NCBI GenBank assembly: GCA_037137755.1
Contig: JBAXJR010000062.1
Location: 1 to 10,993 of the forward strand
Source of the DNA: Methanomicrobiales archaeon
Lineage (GTDB): Archaea; Halobacteriota; Methanomicrobia; Methanomicrobiales; Methanospirillaceae
DNA: 10,993 bases
Reading direction: 5' to 3'
The position numbers and the translations under genes were made by a program. Under the pieces are notes generated by a model. That model saw nothing but the letters and a program-made list of their open reading frames with translations. It did no database searches and was not told where the DNA came from. Of this stretch, positions 1 to 7,546 are shown piece after piece (position 1 is the first letter of the stretch; each line of letters opens with the position of its first letter).

Positions 1-142
1 CATCAGCTTCTACAAGACATTCGGATTTGTACCAATCCCCGAGGACCAGCTGCCGCAGATGATAAAGGACCGGATCAATTTCTGCTTCGGTGAAATGGCC
101 GGGTGCAAAGTCTGCCCCATGCGGAGGGAGGCGGGGATTTGA
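1..142 (+). pseudogene. 3' end of a GNAT acetyltransferase repeat copy (D-type), cut by the window start
   Basis: Encodes ISFYKTFGFVPIPEDQLPQMIKDRINFCFGEMAGCKVCPMRREAGI*, identical to 7405..7546. The 5' part is not visible, so pseudogene status is inferred from copy D. Confidence 0.75.
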
Positions 143-224
143 ATGGTATTGGTTGTGCCAGAATAGTGGGCAATAGCGAAAAAAAGTACAATCCGAAAAA
201 CCAACGGGTTCCATATCTCATATC

Positions 225-230
225 TTTATA
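225..230 (+). promoter_or_regulatory. Putative archaeal TATA box for hicB
   Basis: TTTATA about 37 nt upstream of the ATG at 267. Confidence 0.4.
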
Positions 231-266
231 GAAGCCTCATGCATACGGTAAAAATAAGATTAAATT

Positions 267-494
267 ATGAAACTCTCTATTCTCATCGAACGGGATGAAG
301 ATGGTAGGTATGTTGTGGAGTGCACCGATCTGCCAGGATGCTTGAACGAAGGTGAGACTCTCAAGGAGGCAATCGAAAATATCAATGAGGCAATTGTCGG
401 CTGTATCAAGTCTCGGTTGAAGATTGCTTCGGATAAGAAAAATCTAAAACGGTTCTCCAACAATACCTTTGATAGAGGGCCGGTTCAACAGTAA
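267..494 (+). CDS. hicB: HicB-family antitoxin (short type), with no intact hicA neighbour
   Basis: ILIERDEDGRYVVECTDLPGCLNEGETLKEAIENINEAI fits the HicB pattern (DG.y.v..PdLPGc.s.GeT.eEA..n..eAi). Confidence 0.85.
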   Translation: MKLSILIERDEDGRYVVECTDLPGCLNEGETLKEAIENINEAIVGCIKSRLKIASDKKNLKRFSNNTFDRGPVQQ

Positions 495-532
495 TCCTCG
501 TTGGTTGGTAAGGGCATTTTCTGCATAATTCC

Positions 533-580
533 TATATAGTATCGTTCATAATAATGAACATATGTTCAAAAGCATGAACA
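533..580 (+). promoter_or_regulatory. TATA box followed by two tandem palindromic operators GTTCA-N6-TGAAC
   Basis: TATATA at 533-538, GTTCAtaataaTGAAC at 544-559 and GTTCAaaagcaTGAAC at 564-579, overlapping the start of the wHTH-MNT gene. Confidence 0.7.
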
Positions 581-1107
581 TTCTCGGAACTCCCACGTTC
601 GAGACTCTCGTATTCCTCGGTCGACATTACCGGAACAGTTACTACGTCAGGGAGCTGGCAAAGATACTCACGATCAGTACCGGTGCTGCGAGCGGACAAC
701 TCCGGGCACTGGAAGAGTTGGGTCTTGTGACAAACGAGAAGAAAGGGAGGACTCTCTTGTTCAGAGCCAGTATCTCGCACCCGATCGTGAGGGAGGCAAA
801 AATTTTCGCAACCCTGCTTGAACTCTCGCCGCTAATCGTAGCAGGGCAACGTGGGACCGTGCGGATGATTCTCTTTGGAAGTTGTGCAGTGGGAGAAGAT
901 ACTTTTGAAAGCGATATCGATCTCTACATAGAAACAACAGACCGTCCGGCAGCAAAGACTCTGATATCGCAAGTTGAGTCCTTCGTATTACGGAAAATTT
1001 CTCCGATCATTGTCTCACCAGCCGAGGCTATGCAGATCCGGACACGTGACCGTCCGCTGTTCGAGCGAATACAAGGTGGGAAGCTCCTGGTGGGTGAACA
1101 AATATGA
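562..1107 (+). CDS. Winged-HTH plus minimal nucleotidyltransferase (MNT) antitoxin/regulator
   Basis: N-terminal HTH (YVRELAKILTISTGAASGQLRALEELGLV) and MNT motif LFGSCAVGEDTFESDIDL (GS-X10-DXD). An alternative ATG exists at 574. Confidence 0.9.
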   Translation: MFKSMNILGTPTFETLVFLGRHYRNSYYVRELAKILTISTGAASGQLRALEELGLVTNEKKGRTLLFRASISHPIVREAKIFATLLELSPLIVAGQRGTVRMILFGSCAVGEDTFESDIDLYIETTDRPAAKTLISQVESFVLRKISPIIVSPAEAMQIRTRDRPLFERIQGGKLLVGEQI

Positions 1108-1520
1108 GATACAATTTCGAGGAATGTATGGAGCGGGGAAAGATCGTAAAAATTCCCATTGACCAGGGCCTTGTTGCAAAGGAACTGCGCGAAGCGGAAG
1201 CGGATCTTGCCGCAGCAGAGCGATCGCTTCAAGATCATCAGGAGAAATGGGCGATCATACAGGGATACTATTCGCTCTTCCACTCGCTAAGGTCCCAGGT
1301 ATTTGGCAAAGGCTACCGTGAGAAGAGCCATCGCTGCCTGAAGTATGCGGTTGAAGCCCTGTTCGTTGACCAAGGATTACTTGATCCGGTAGTACTTGAA
1401 CACTTTTCTTTTGCCATGGATCTTCGTGAAGGTGCTGATTACAGTTGCATCTATAATGAGGAGTCAGCCCATATCGTGGTCATGTCAGCACGATCGGTGT
1501 ATGAGATGGTCAGGCCTTGA
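1104..1520 (+). CDS. HEPN domain protein, putative toxin partner of the MNT
   Basis: ATGA overlap with the MNT gene. AEADLAAAE...WAIIQGYYSLFH...KSH...LREGADY is typical of MNT-associated HEPN proteins. Confidence 0.88.
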   Translation: MRYNFEECMERGKIVKIPIDQGLVAKELREAEADLAAAERSLQDHQEKWAIIQGYYSLFHSLRSQVFGKGYREKSHRCLKYAVEALFVDQGLLDPVVLEHFSFAMDLREGADYSCIYNEESAHIVVMSARSVYEMVRP

Positions 1521-1972
1521 AGGAGAACCCCCCCCTCACCCGCGACCTCATCCCTGCCGAATTCCCCCTCGTCAAAGAGGTCTGGTACCACTATCACCAG
1601 CAGGAGGCAAACCCCGCCGAAGACCGCATTTTCGGCACCTTTGTTGACGGGACCCTGGCTGTAGTTGTCCGGTGCAGGCAGCACCCGGACGGCCACGAAG
1701 TCGATGGCGTCTTCACCCTTGAAGAATTCCGCGGGCACGACCTTGCCCGGCTCGTCATGCAGGCATTAATCGACGCCTGCGGCTATGAAGAACTATACAT
1801 GCACTCGACCCTGCAACTCATCAGCTTCTACAAGACATTCGGATTTGTACCAATCCCCGAGGACCAGCTGCCGAAGATGATCCGGGAACGGTTCCTCTTC
1901 TGCTTCGGCGAAATGGCCGGGTGCAAACGGTCTGCCCGATGCGGAGGGAGGCCGGTGGTGGGTGAATGGTAA
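1517..1972 (+). CDS. GNAT-family N-acetyltransferase copy A, near-intact but probably degenerate
   Basis: VDGVFTLEEFRGHDLAR (motif A-like) and FYKTFGF (motif B). It has AAC where copy B has ATG, leaving only a TTG start. A +2 nt shift at ~1928 garbles the conserved VCPMRR end, and RGRG is changed to RGHD. Confidence 0.7.
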   Translation: MKENPPLTRDLIPAEFPLVKEVWYHYHQQEANPAEDRIFGTFVDGTLAVVVRCRQHPDGHEVDGVFTLEEFRGHDLARLVMQALIDACGYEELYMHSTLQLISFYKTFGFVPIPEDQLPKMIRERFLFCFGEMAGCKRSARCGGRPVVGEW

Positions 1973-2191
1973 CGGATAGGCTTTGGTTGCGTATTAACCA
2001 ATACAGACAGAAGTTAGAGTGCAACTTGCGGATTGCCATATAACAATGATTGAACCGGGCTCATGCGGATCTCGACATTTAGGGGCTTGGAAAAAATCCA
2101 GGAAACACGTAGGTGGTACAAAAAAATCAGGATCAATAATACCTGTGCTGACTGGAAATGTGTCTCTTGATCACGATCCCGGAAACACAAA

Positions 2192-2197
2192 TTTAAG
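2192..2197 (+). promoter_or_regulatory. Putative archaeal TATA box for the MNT-HepT operon
   Basis: TTTAAG with an A-rich upstream segment, about 30 nt before ATG 2227. Confidence 0.4.
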
Positions 2198-2226
2198 AGT
2201 AATTACGCCAATAATGGAAATAACAT

Positions 2227-2511
2227 ATGAATGTGCTCGCATTGCTCCGCCAGCATGAATCAATACTGGAAGAATGCTTCGGGGTCAAAAGGATAGGAAT
2301 CTTCGGTTCATTCGTTCGCGGAGAAGAGCGCCCGGACAGTGACGTGGATGTTCTTGTCGTATTTCAAAAAGACGAGGAGACTTTCGATCATTATATGGAC
2401 TGCAAGTTTTATCTCGAAGACCTTTTTAACAGGAACGTGGACCTCGTCATCGAGGACACCATCAAACAGAGGCTCAAAGAACCGATCCTCAGTGAAGTGA
2501 TCTATGCATAG
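2227..2511 (+). CDS. MNT (MntA-like) nucleotidyltransferase antitoxin
   Basis: IGIFGSFVRGEERPDSDVDVLV and LEDLFNRNVDLV, 94 aa. Confidence 0.93.
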   Translation: MNVLALLRQHESILEECFGVKRIGIFGSFVRGEERPDSDVDVLVVFQKDEETFDHYMDCKFYLEDLFNRNVDLVIEDTIKQRLKEPILSEVIYA

Positions 2512-2854
2512 GTCCGTCCTTCAGTATCTCGACGATATCATTGAAGCAATTGGCAATATAGATGAGGATACTACTGGAATTTCATTTGATGATTTTGTTG
2601 CAGACAGGAGAAGAAAGGATGCGGTAATCCGTAATTTCGAGGTTATCGGTGAAGCGACAAAGAATCTCCCTGATAATCTCAAAGAACAGTATCCGAATAC
2701 AGACTGGAGAAAAATTTCAGGTTTTCGCGATGTCCTTTCACATGCATATTTTGGTATCAAGACAACTATTCTTTGGGACAACATAAAGAACAAACTGCCA
2801 GTCCTTAAAACAGAAATCCGGCAGATAATCAGGATTGAAGAATCACGAAAGTGA
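2504..2854 (+). CDS. DUF86/HepT-like HEPN RNase toxin
   Basis: DAVIRNFEVIGEA and WRKISGFRDVLSHAY (R-X4-H-X-Y). Overlaps the MNT stop codon. Confidence 0.93.
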   Translation: MHRSVLQYLDDIIEAIGNIDEDTTGISFDDFVADRRRKDAVIRNFEVIGEATKNLPDNLKEQYPNTDWRKISGFRDVLSHAYFGIKTTILWDNIKNKLPVLKTEIRQIIRIEESRK

Positions 2855-2987
2855 AAATTGATGCACTGTTTTATTTCATACTCTTTCTAAAAAGGAATGA
2901 CAATATGATGTTCAATATTTCAGGACCAGGTCATTTTTGCCAGAGAAATCGCGGATGAATGAATCATGATTGATGGTCGGGACAGGA

Positions 2988-3424
2988 ATGTCCCCCCTTA
3001 CCCGCGAACTCACCCCTGCCGAATTCCCCCTCGTCAAAGAGGTCTGGTACCACTACCACCAGCAGGAGGCCAACCCCTAAGAAGACCGCATATTCGGCAC
3101 CTTTTTCGACGGGACACTCGCAGCCGTTGCCCAGGTACCAGGCTACACCCGGACGGCCACGAAGTCGACGGCGTCTTCACCCTGGAAGAATTCCGCGGGC
3201 GTGGCCTAGCCAGGCTCGTCGTGCAGGCATTGGTCGACGCATGCGGGCATGAAGAGCTGAACATGCACTCCACCCTGCAACTCATCAGCTTCTACAAGAC
3301 ATTCGGTTTTGTACCAATCCCCGAGGACCAGCTGCCGAAGATGATCCGGGAACGGTTCCTCTTCTGCTTCGGCGAAATGGCCGGGTGCAATGTCTGTCCC
3401 ATGCGGAGGGTGGCGACACCGTGA
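2988..3424 (+). pseudogene. GNAT acetyltransferase copy B
   Basis: ATG at 2988 reads MSPLTRELTPAEFPLVKEVWYHYHQQEANP, then in-frame TAA at 3078-3080. A +2 frameshift lies at 3131-3142, and the C-terminal half is intact to VCPMRRVATP*. Confidence 0.88.
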
Positions 3425-3534
3425 TACAGGATGTAGTCAGATTATGGTAAAAATGTGGAGAGAAAGACCATGGATAAGTGGACGATTAGAGAAATAATTA
3501 TTGTCAGGTGTGATAGAATAGAACTGGAGAATAA

Positions 3535-3828
3535 ATGACACCCCGCGATGAAATCCTCGATCTCCTCAGATCATTACAAAGCGATCTTACCCTACGGTAT
3601 AAAGTCCGAAGGATCGGAATATTCGGCTCTTTTGCAAGAATTGAGTCCAGGCCTGACAGTGATGTGGACATACTCGTTGATTTCAATCCCGGCGCGGATC
3701 TCTTCGATCTCATCGAACTCTCCCAGTATCTGGAGGAAAAAATCGGCAGGCATGTGGACCTGGCAACACCCCGGGCACTCAGGCCTGAGATACGGGAAAG
3801 CGTCTTCCGGGACGTTGTGTACGCATGA
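3535..3828 (+). CDS. MNT (MntA-like) nucleotidyltransferase antitoxin
   Basis: IGIFGSFARIESRPDSDVDILVDF and LEEKIGRHVDL, with GGAG upstream. Confidence 0.93.
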   Translation: MTPRDEILDLLRSLQSDLTLRYKVRRIGIFGSFARIESRPDSDVDILVDFNPGADLFDLIELSQYLEEKIGRHVDLATPRALRPEIRESVFRDVVYA

Positions 3829-4163
3829 GAGAATACCGCCTTTTCCTGGTTGATATAATGAAGGCCGCGGAAGATATCGAGGTCTTCACCACGGGGATGT
3901 CTTTTGAAGAATTCGTTGATGATGATAAGACAATATCAGCCGTACTCTATAAATTCGCAATAATGGGTGAGGCCACAACAATGCTGACAGATCAGGTCCG
4001 TGCACAACATCCTGACATCCCTTGGCGAAGCATAGCAGGACTGCGTGACAAAGTGATTCATGGGTATATCGGTGTGGATTATGAACTTCTTTGGGAGACA
4101 ATTGAGTTGAAACTTCCCGCGGTCATAAGAGCTCTTCACACCATCCTTGAAAAAGAAAAATGA
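3825..4163 (+). CDS. DUF86/HepT-like HEPN RNase toxin
   Basis: ATGA overlap with the MNT gene. HPDIPWRSIAGLRDKVIHGY (R-X4-H-X-Y). Confidence 0.93.
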   Translation: MREYRLFLVDIMKAAEDIEVFTTGMSFEEFVDDDKTISAVLYKFAIMGEATTMLTDQVRAQHPDIPWRSIAGLRDKVIHGYIGVDYELLWETIELKLPAVIRALHTILEKEK

Positions 4164-4393
4164 TGCAGGATAAATAATTTTGACAAATATCCCCTCTGGT
4201 CAACCGTGATCCAGGTCCAATTACTTCCTGAAACAGAATTTCCAGAGCGGTAAATATTCAATCCAAACCACACTCTTACCAATGACTGTTTAATATCCTC
4301 GTAAGAATGAGAAGATTATGGTGCAAACAGCAGGGAAATGAACCGTTTTGGTCTTCATGCATTCCTGTCATATAATGAATTCCTCGTTCCCGG

Positions 4394-4827
4394 CCGCCCC
4401 TCACCCGCGAACTCACCGTATCCGGATTCCCCCTCCTCAAAGAAGTCTGGTATCACTATCACCAACAGGAGGCGGATCCCGCCGAAGACCGCATATTCGG
4501 CATCTTTATAGACGGGACTCTTGCCGCTGTTGCCCAGGTACCAGGCTTTATCCGGACGGGCACGAAGTCGACGGTGTCTTCACTCTTGAAGAGTTCCGCG
4601 GGCGTGGCCTTGCCCGGCTCGTGGTGCAGACGTTGATCGATGCATGCGGGCATGAAGAGCTGTACATGCACTCGACCCTGCAACTCATCAGCTTCTACAA
4701 GACATTCGGTTTTGTGCCGATCCCCGAGGACCAGCTGCCAAAGATGATCCGGGAACGGTTCCTCTTCTGCTTCGGCGAAATGGCCGGGTGCAATATCTGT
4801 CCCATGCGGAGGGTGGCGGGGATTTGA
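4394..4827 (+). pseudogene. GNAT acetyltransferase copy C
   Basis: PLTRELTVSGFPLLKEVWYHYHQQEADPAEDRIFG with no in-frame start. Same +2 frameshift (4534-4545). Ends ICPMRRVAGI*. Confidence 0.88.
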
Positions 4828-4859
4828 ATGGTACTGGTTGTGCCAGAATATAGTCAAAG

Positions 4860-4881
4860 AACAGAAAAAAAAATTTCTGTT
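4860..4881. terminator. Possible terminator between convergent genes
   Basis: AACAGAAA-aaaaaa-TTTCTGTT inverted repeat. The A run is an oligo-T tract on the minus strand just after the hicB remnant stop. Confidence 0.35.
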
Positions 4882-4898
4882 GTTCCGGCACGACGAGA

Positions 4899-5111
4899 TT
4901 ATACGGTAACAGTTTCGATACTCACACGGCTGATAATGAACTCATCATCAACCGGGACCAATTCGTTATCCTCCATTAAACAGGCGATATGGAGTTCGAT
5001 TGCGTCCTTGGTGTTCGTAATCGTCTCTTCAACAGTCTCCCCCTGCGAGACGCATCCAGAAAGCGCCTGAACTTCAGCCTTGTGGATTAAAATCGTATAT
5101 TCGTGATTTTC
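4899..5111 (-). pseudogene. hicB: HicB-family antitoxin remnant, absent from the ORF track
   Basis: The minus strand reads ENHEYTILIHKAEVQALSGCVSQGETVEETITNTKDAIELHIACLMEDNELVPVDDEFIISRVSIETVTV*. There is no start codon (TGA immediately upstream) and the usual EGGY.. segment is missing. Confidence 0.82.
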
Positions 5112-5129
5112 TCAATTATAGTAGTTTTC

Positions 5130-5609
5130 TCAATCGCCTTCCCAATCATCATACTGACTGCGTGCTTTTTTCACAGATTGTATGCATTCCGGATCCGATT
5201 TTCCGCGTATGGTAGGTTCGATGCACAGCAGTTCGACTCGGAATTTCCAGTTGTTGCCGTAATCGAAGAAGAAGAGCATCATCTTTCCAATTTCAGTGAA
5301 CACGGTGTTCACCGGCGTCTTTTTCACGCCTTTCACGAACGATGGACATTCACTTCGGGTGTTCGGGTCATCAAAGAAGAGCTCATACGCTTCGGTTGCA
5401 TCTATGTAACGTATCAGGTGGTTGTAGAACCCAAAGGAATGATCAAAGTCAAAGTCGACACTATCCGTGATGAATTCTGCAAACTGGTAGAGGGTGAATT
5501 CTTCTGGAATCGCAAGTACCCGATATGGGGAACCTTTTATCCCGGCAACCCATTGATAGACTTTGAAGACTAAAATATGTTCTCCATGTTGTTCTTGTTG
5601 GGTTTTCAT
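5130..5609 (-). CDS. pRiA4b ORF-3-like / IS1096 passenger TnpR-like protein
   Basis: YRVLAIPEEFTLYQFAEFITDSVDFDFDHSFGF and FFFDYGNNWKFRVEL match this family's pattern, recognised from memory. Confidence 0.75.
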   Translation of the reverse strand: MKTQQEQHGEHILVFKVYQWVAGIKGSPYRVLAIPEEFTLYQFAEFITDSVDFDFDHSFGFYNHLIRYIDATEAYELFFDDPNTRSECPSFVKGVKKTPVNTVFTEIGKMMLFFFDYGNNWKFRVELLCIEPTIRGKSDPECIQSVKKARSQYDDWEGD

Positions 5610-6100
5610 CCTTCATATTCCGTGCATTTTTTCGTCTTTCTGATATGAAGTGGTGGGCTGCTATACTATTTGCAGACTGTGCTCGCGGTTATTGTGAATA
5701 GCACCAGTAATCACAAGCGTTCAGAGAATGGAGTACCAGGACATCCCGAACTGGTTCACGTACATGATCCCCTGGTAACGAAGAATGAGTGGAAGGGCAT
5801 AAACAGAACACGCAGTATGAAACGGTCACGGTTGGAATCGGTGTTTAATCGGGATATTCCATGACCCTACATGGAAAACAGATCTTCCCGCCCGTTCTTT
5901 GTACTATCATCGACACATTAATTATCCCCCGATTGGAATCTGCTGCCACCAACGGTGTCGGTCCCGAACCGTATAGGGAAATTTTTATCGTTTTAGGTTT
6001 CCTGCTTTTACATGCTGGAAGCGATGGTTAACAGGAAAGCTGATTATGTACGTGCAATAATGAACTAAGTAACCACGAGTTCAGATGCTGGTGGAAACCT

Positions 6101-6286
6101 ATGGAAGTTGAAGAACAGATTATCAGCGAATTACATCAGGTACCGCGGCAGCATTATCGTGAGATCCTTGACTTTATCAGGTCTCTGCAAATGAAATCCG
6201 CCAATGAAACTGCGTACGCAAGTGAGTCCTCTCTCGCAAAAGACTGGTTGCGCCTTGAGGAGGACGAAGCATGGGCGGATTTGTAA
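6101..6286 (+). CDS. Small antitoxin (DUF2281-like) upstream of MazF
   Basis: REILDFIRSL and an acidic tail ASESSLAKDWLRLEEDEAWADL. Overlaps the mazF start. Confidence 0.8.
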   Translation: MEVEEQIISELHQVPRQHYREILDFIRSLQMKSANETAYASESSLAKDWLRLEEDEAWADL

Positions 6287-6603
6287 AAGGCGACGTTGTT
6301 GTTGTCCTCTTTCCTTTTTCTGATTTGAGCAGTGCCAAAAAACGCCCGGCACTCGTTGTTTCCGTACTTGATGGAGATGATGTTATCCTTTGTCAGATCA
6401 CGAGCCAGCGGATAACTGACCAATACGCAATTCCTCTCATTGATAACCATTTCTCATCAGGATCACTCCAGCGGGAGAGCAACGTCCGGCCGAACCGATT
6501 GTTCACAGCAGATACCCGGATTATTCAATACAGGGTGGGCCACCTCAAAGATCAGGCAATTGAACCAGTTATTAATAGGATAATCGGTATACTCAAAAAG
6601 TGA
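6271..6603 (+). CDS. mazF: PemK/MazF-family endoribonuclease toxin
   Basis: KGDVVVVLFPFSDLSSAKKRPALVVS...ILCQITS signature. Confidence 0.92.
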   Translation: MGGFVKGDVVVVLFPFSDLSSAKKRPALVVSVLDGDDVILCQITSQRITDQYAIPLIDNHFSSGSLQRESNVRPNRLFTADTRIIQYRVGHLKDQAIEPVINRIIGILKK

Positions 6604-6642
6604 GATATCTCTAAAATAATCTCAGCACTACATGGGTGTAAT

Positions 6643-6868
6643 ATGGAATATACCGTTGTCCTCGAACCACAGGAAGAAGGCGGATATTTCGTCCAGTGTG
6701 TGAAGTTACCCGGGGCCATCAGCCGGGGGACTCAAAAGAGGAAGCGCTTACCAATATTAAAGAAGCAATCGAACTCGTTTTAGAGGTCCAGCGTGAAGAA
6801 CTCCAAACAAACAAACAAACATCTTCCATTCGGAAATTGTCAAAGTTGACGTGGCGAATGTCTCGTAA
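6643..6868 (+). pseudogene. hicB: Frameshifted HicB antitoxin
   Basis: ATG 6643 reads MEYTVVLEPQEEGGYFVQCVKLPGAIS, then a frameshift at the G run ~6725 leads to GDSKEEALTNIKEAIELVLEV. A probable second shift leads to EIVKVDVANVS*. Confidence 0.85.
6804..6820 (+). repeat. (CAAA)4 microsatellite inside the hicB pseudogene
   Basis: caaacaaacaaacaaac. Confidence 0.8.
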
Positions 6869-7079
6869 ACTTCCGGTAATCTCTGGTGAGAAGATGGTCA
6901 TTGGTCCTTGCAAAGCAGGGCTTCGAAATCAGGTGGCAAACGTCAAGTCATATTGTTGTGCAGAAAGAATAGCGGGTATTTGCAGTTCCTCTTCATAAGG
7001 AGTTGAAGAAAGGGACACTTATGGCAATTTTGAAACAACGGATATAACGGTTGAGGAATTTAAGCAATTTTTTAATTGA
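6858..7079 (+). pseudogene. hicA: Degenerate HicA mRNA interferase
   Basis: Fragments across frames: MSRKLPVISGEKMV / FEIRWQ / SSHIVVQKE*RVFAVPLHKELKKGTLMAILKQ / DITVEEFKQFFN*. TAG at 6970-6972. Confidence 0.85.
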
Positions 7080-7121
7080 TCTGGTGATACATCCGATTAG
7101 CGGAATATCTGATGTGCGGAA

Positions 7122-7546
7122 ACCCGCGAACTCACCGTATCCGAATTCCCCCTCGTCAAAGAGGTCTGGTACCACTACCACCAGCAGGAGGCCGATCCCA
7201 CCGAAGACCGCATATTCGGCACCTTTATCGATGGGACTCTTGCCGCCGTCGCCCAGGTACCAGGCTTCATCCGGACGGGCACGAAGTCGACGGTGTCTTC
7301 ACTCTTGAAGAGTTCCGCGGGCGTGGCCTTGCCCGGCTCGTGGTGCAGACGTTGATCGATGCATGCGGGCATGAAGAGCTGTACATGCACTCGACCCTGC
7401 AACTCATCAGCTTCTACAAGACATTCGGATTTGTACCAATCCCCGAGGACCAGCTGCCGCAGATGATAAAGGACCGGATCAATTTCTGCTTCGGTGAAAT
7501 GGCCGGGTGCAAAGTCTGCCCCATGCGGAGGGAGGCGGGGATTTGA
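7122..7546 (+). pseudogene. GNAT acetyltransferase copy D
   Basis: Homology starts abruptly at ACCCGCGAACTC (TREL) with no homologous start. Same +2 frameshift (7253-7264). Has a distinctive QMIKDRINF segment. Confidence 0.88.

Larger units (their letters stand above)
1..3589. repeat. Left copy of a large direct repeat (period 7,404 bp), open at the window edge
   Basis: Every ORF from 10 to 3424 recurs with identical translation at +7404. Spot checks of intergenic DNA (e.g. 3481-3589 vs 10885-10993) match. Confidence 0.97.

Noticed and set aside
1517-1972. GNAT as an AtaT/TacT-type toxin
   Set aside because: No adjacent RHH (DUF1778-type) antitoxin, and the copies are degenerate.
2019-2258. 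79-aa ORF upstream of the MNT gene, and the other short antisense ORFs
   Set aside because: No motifs, and they overlap a putative promoter or better-supported genes.
2966-3424. ORF-track proteins 2966..3424, 4348..4827, 7112..7546 and 10370..10828 as intact genes
   Set aside because: Their Pro/Arg-rich N-terminal halves are off-frame readings of the GNAT 5' half, upstream of the shared frameshift.
4828-5573. Plus-strand ORFs 4828..5070 and 5103..5573
   Set aside because: Antisense shadows of the hicB remnant and the pRiA4b-like gene.
5610-6100. ORF 5670..5864 and a minus-strand YGSGPTPLVAA stretch (~5941-5973) resembling a methyltransferase motif I
   Set aside because: No recognisable family, and the match is too short without supporting flanks. 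The ~490-bp region remains unexplained.
6696-6998. 100-aa HicB-HicA fusion ORF
   Set aside because: A chimera produced by frameshifts. It lacks the HicB N-terminus and leaves the HicA frame before the catalytic His.
1-7404. Autonomous 7.4-kb plasmid or virus
   Set aside because: The complete unit is visible and encodes no replication, integration or structural protein.
1517-7546. Diversity-generating retroelement TR/VR pairs
   Set aside because: No reverse transcriptase, and differences between copies are not adenine-specific.
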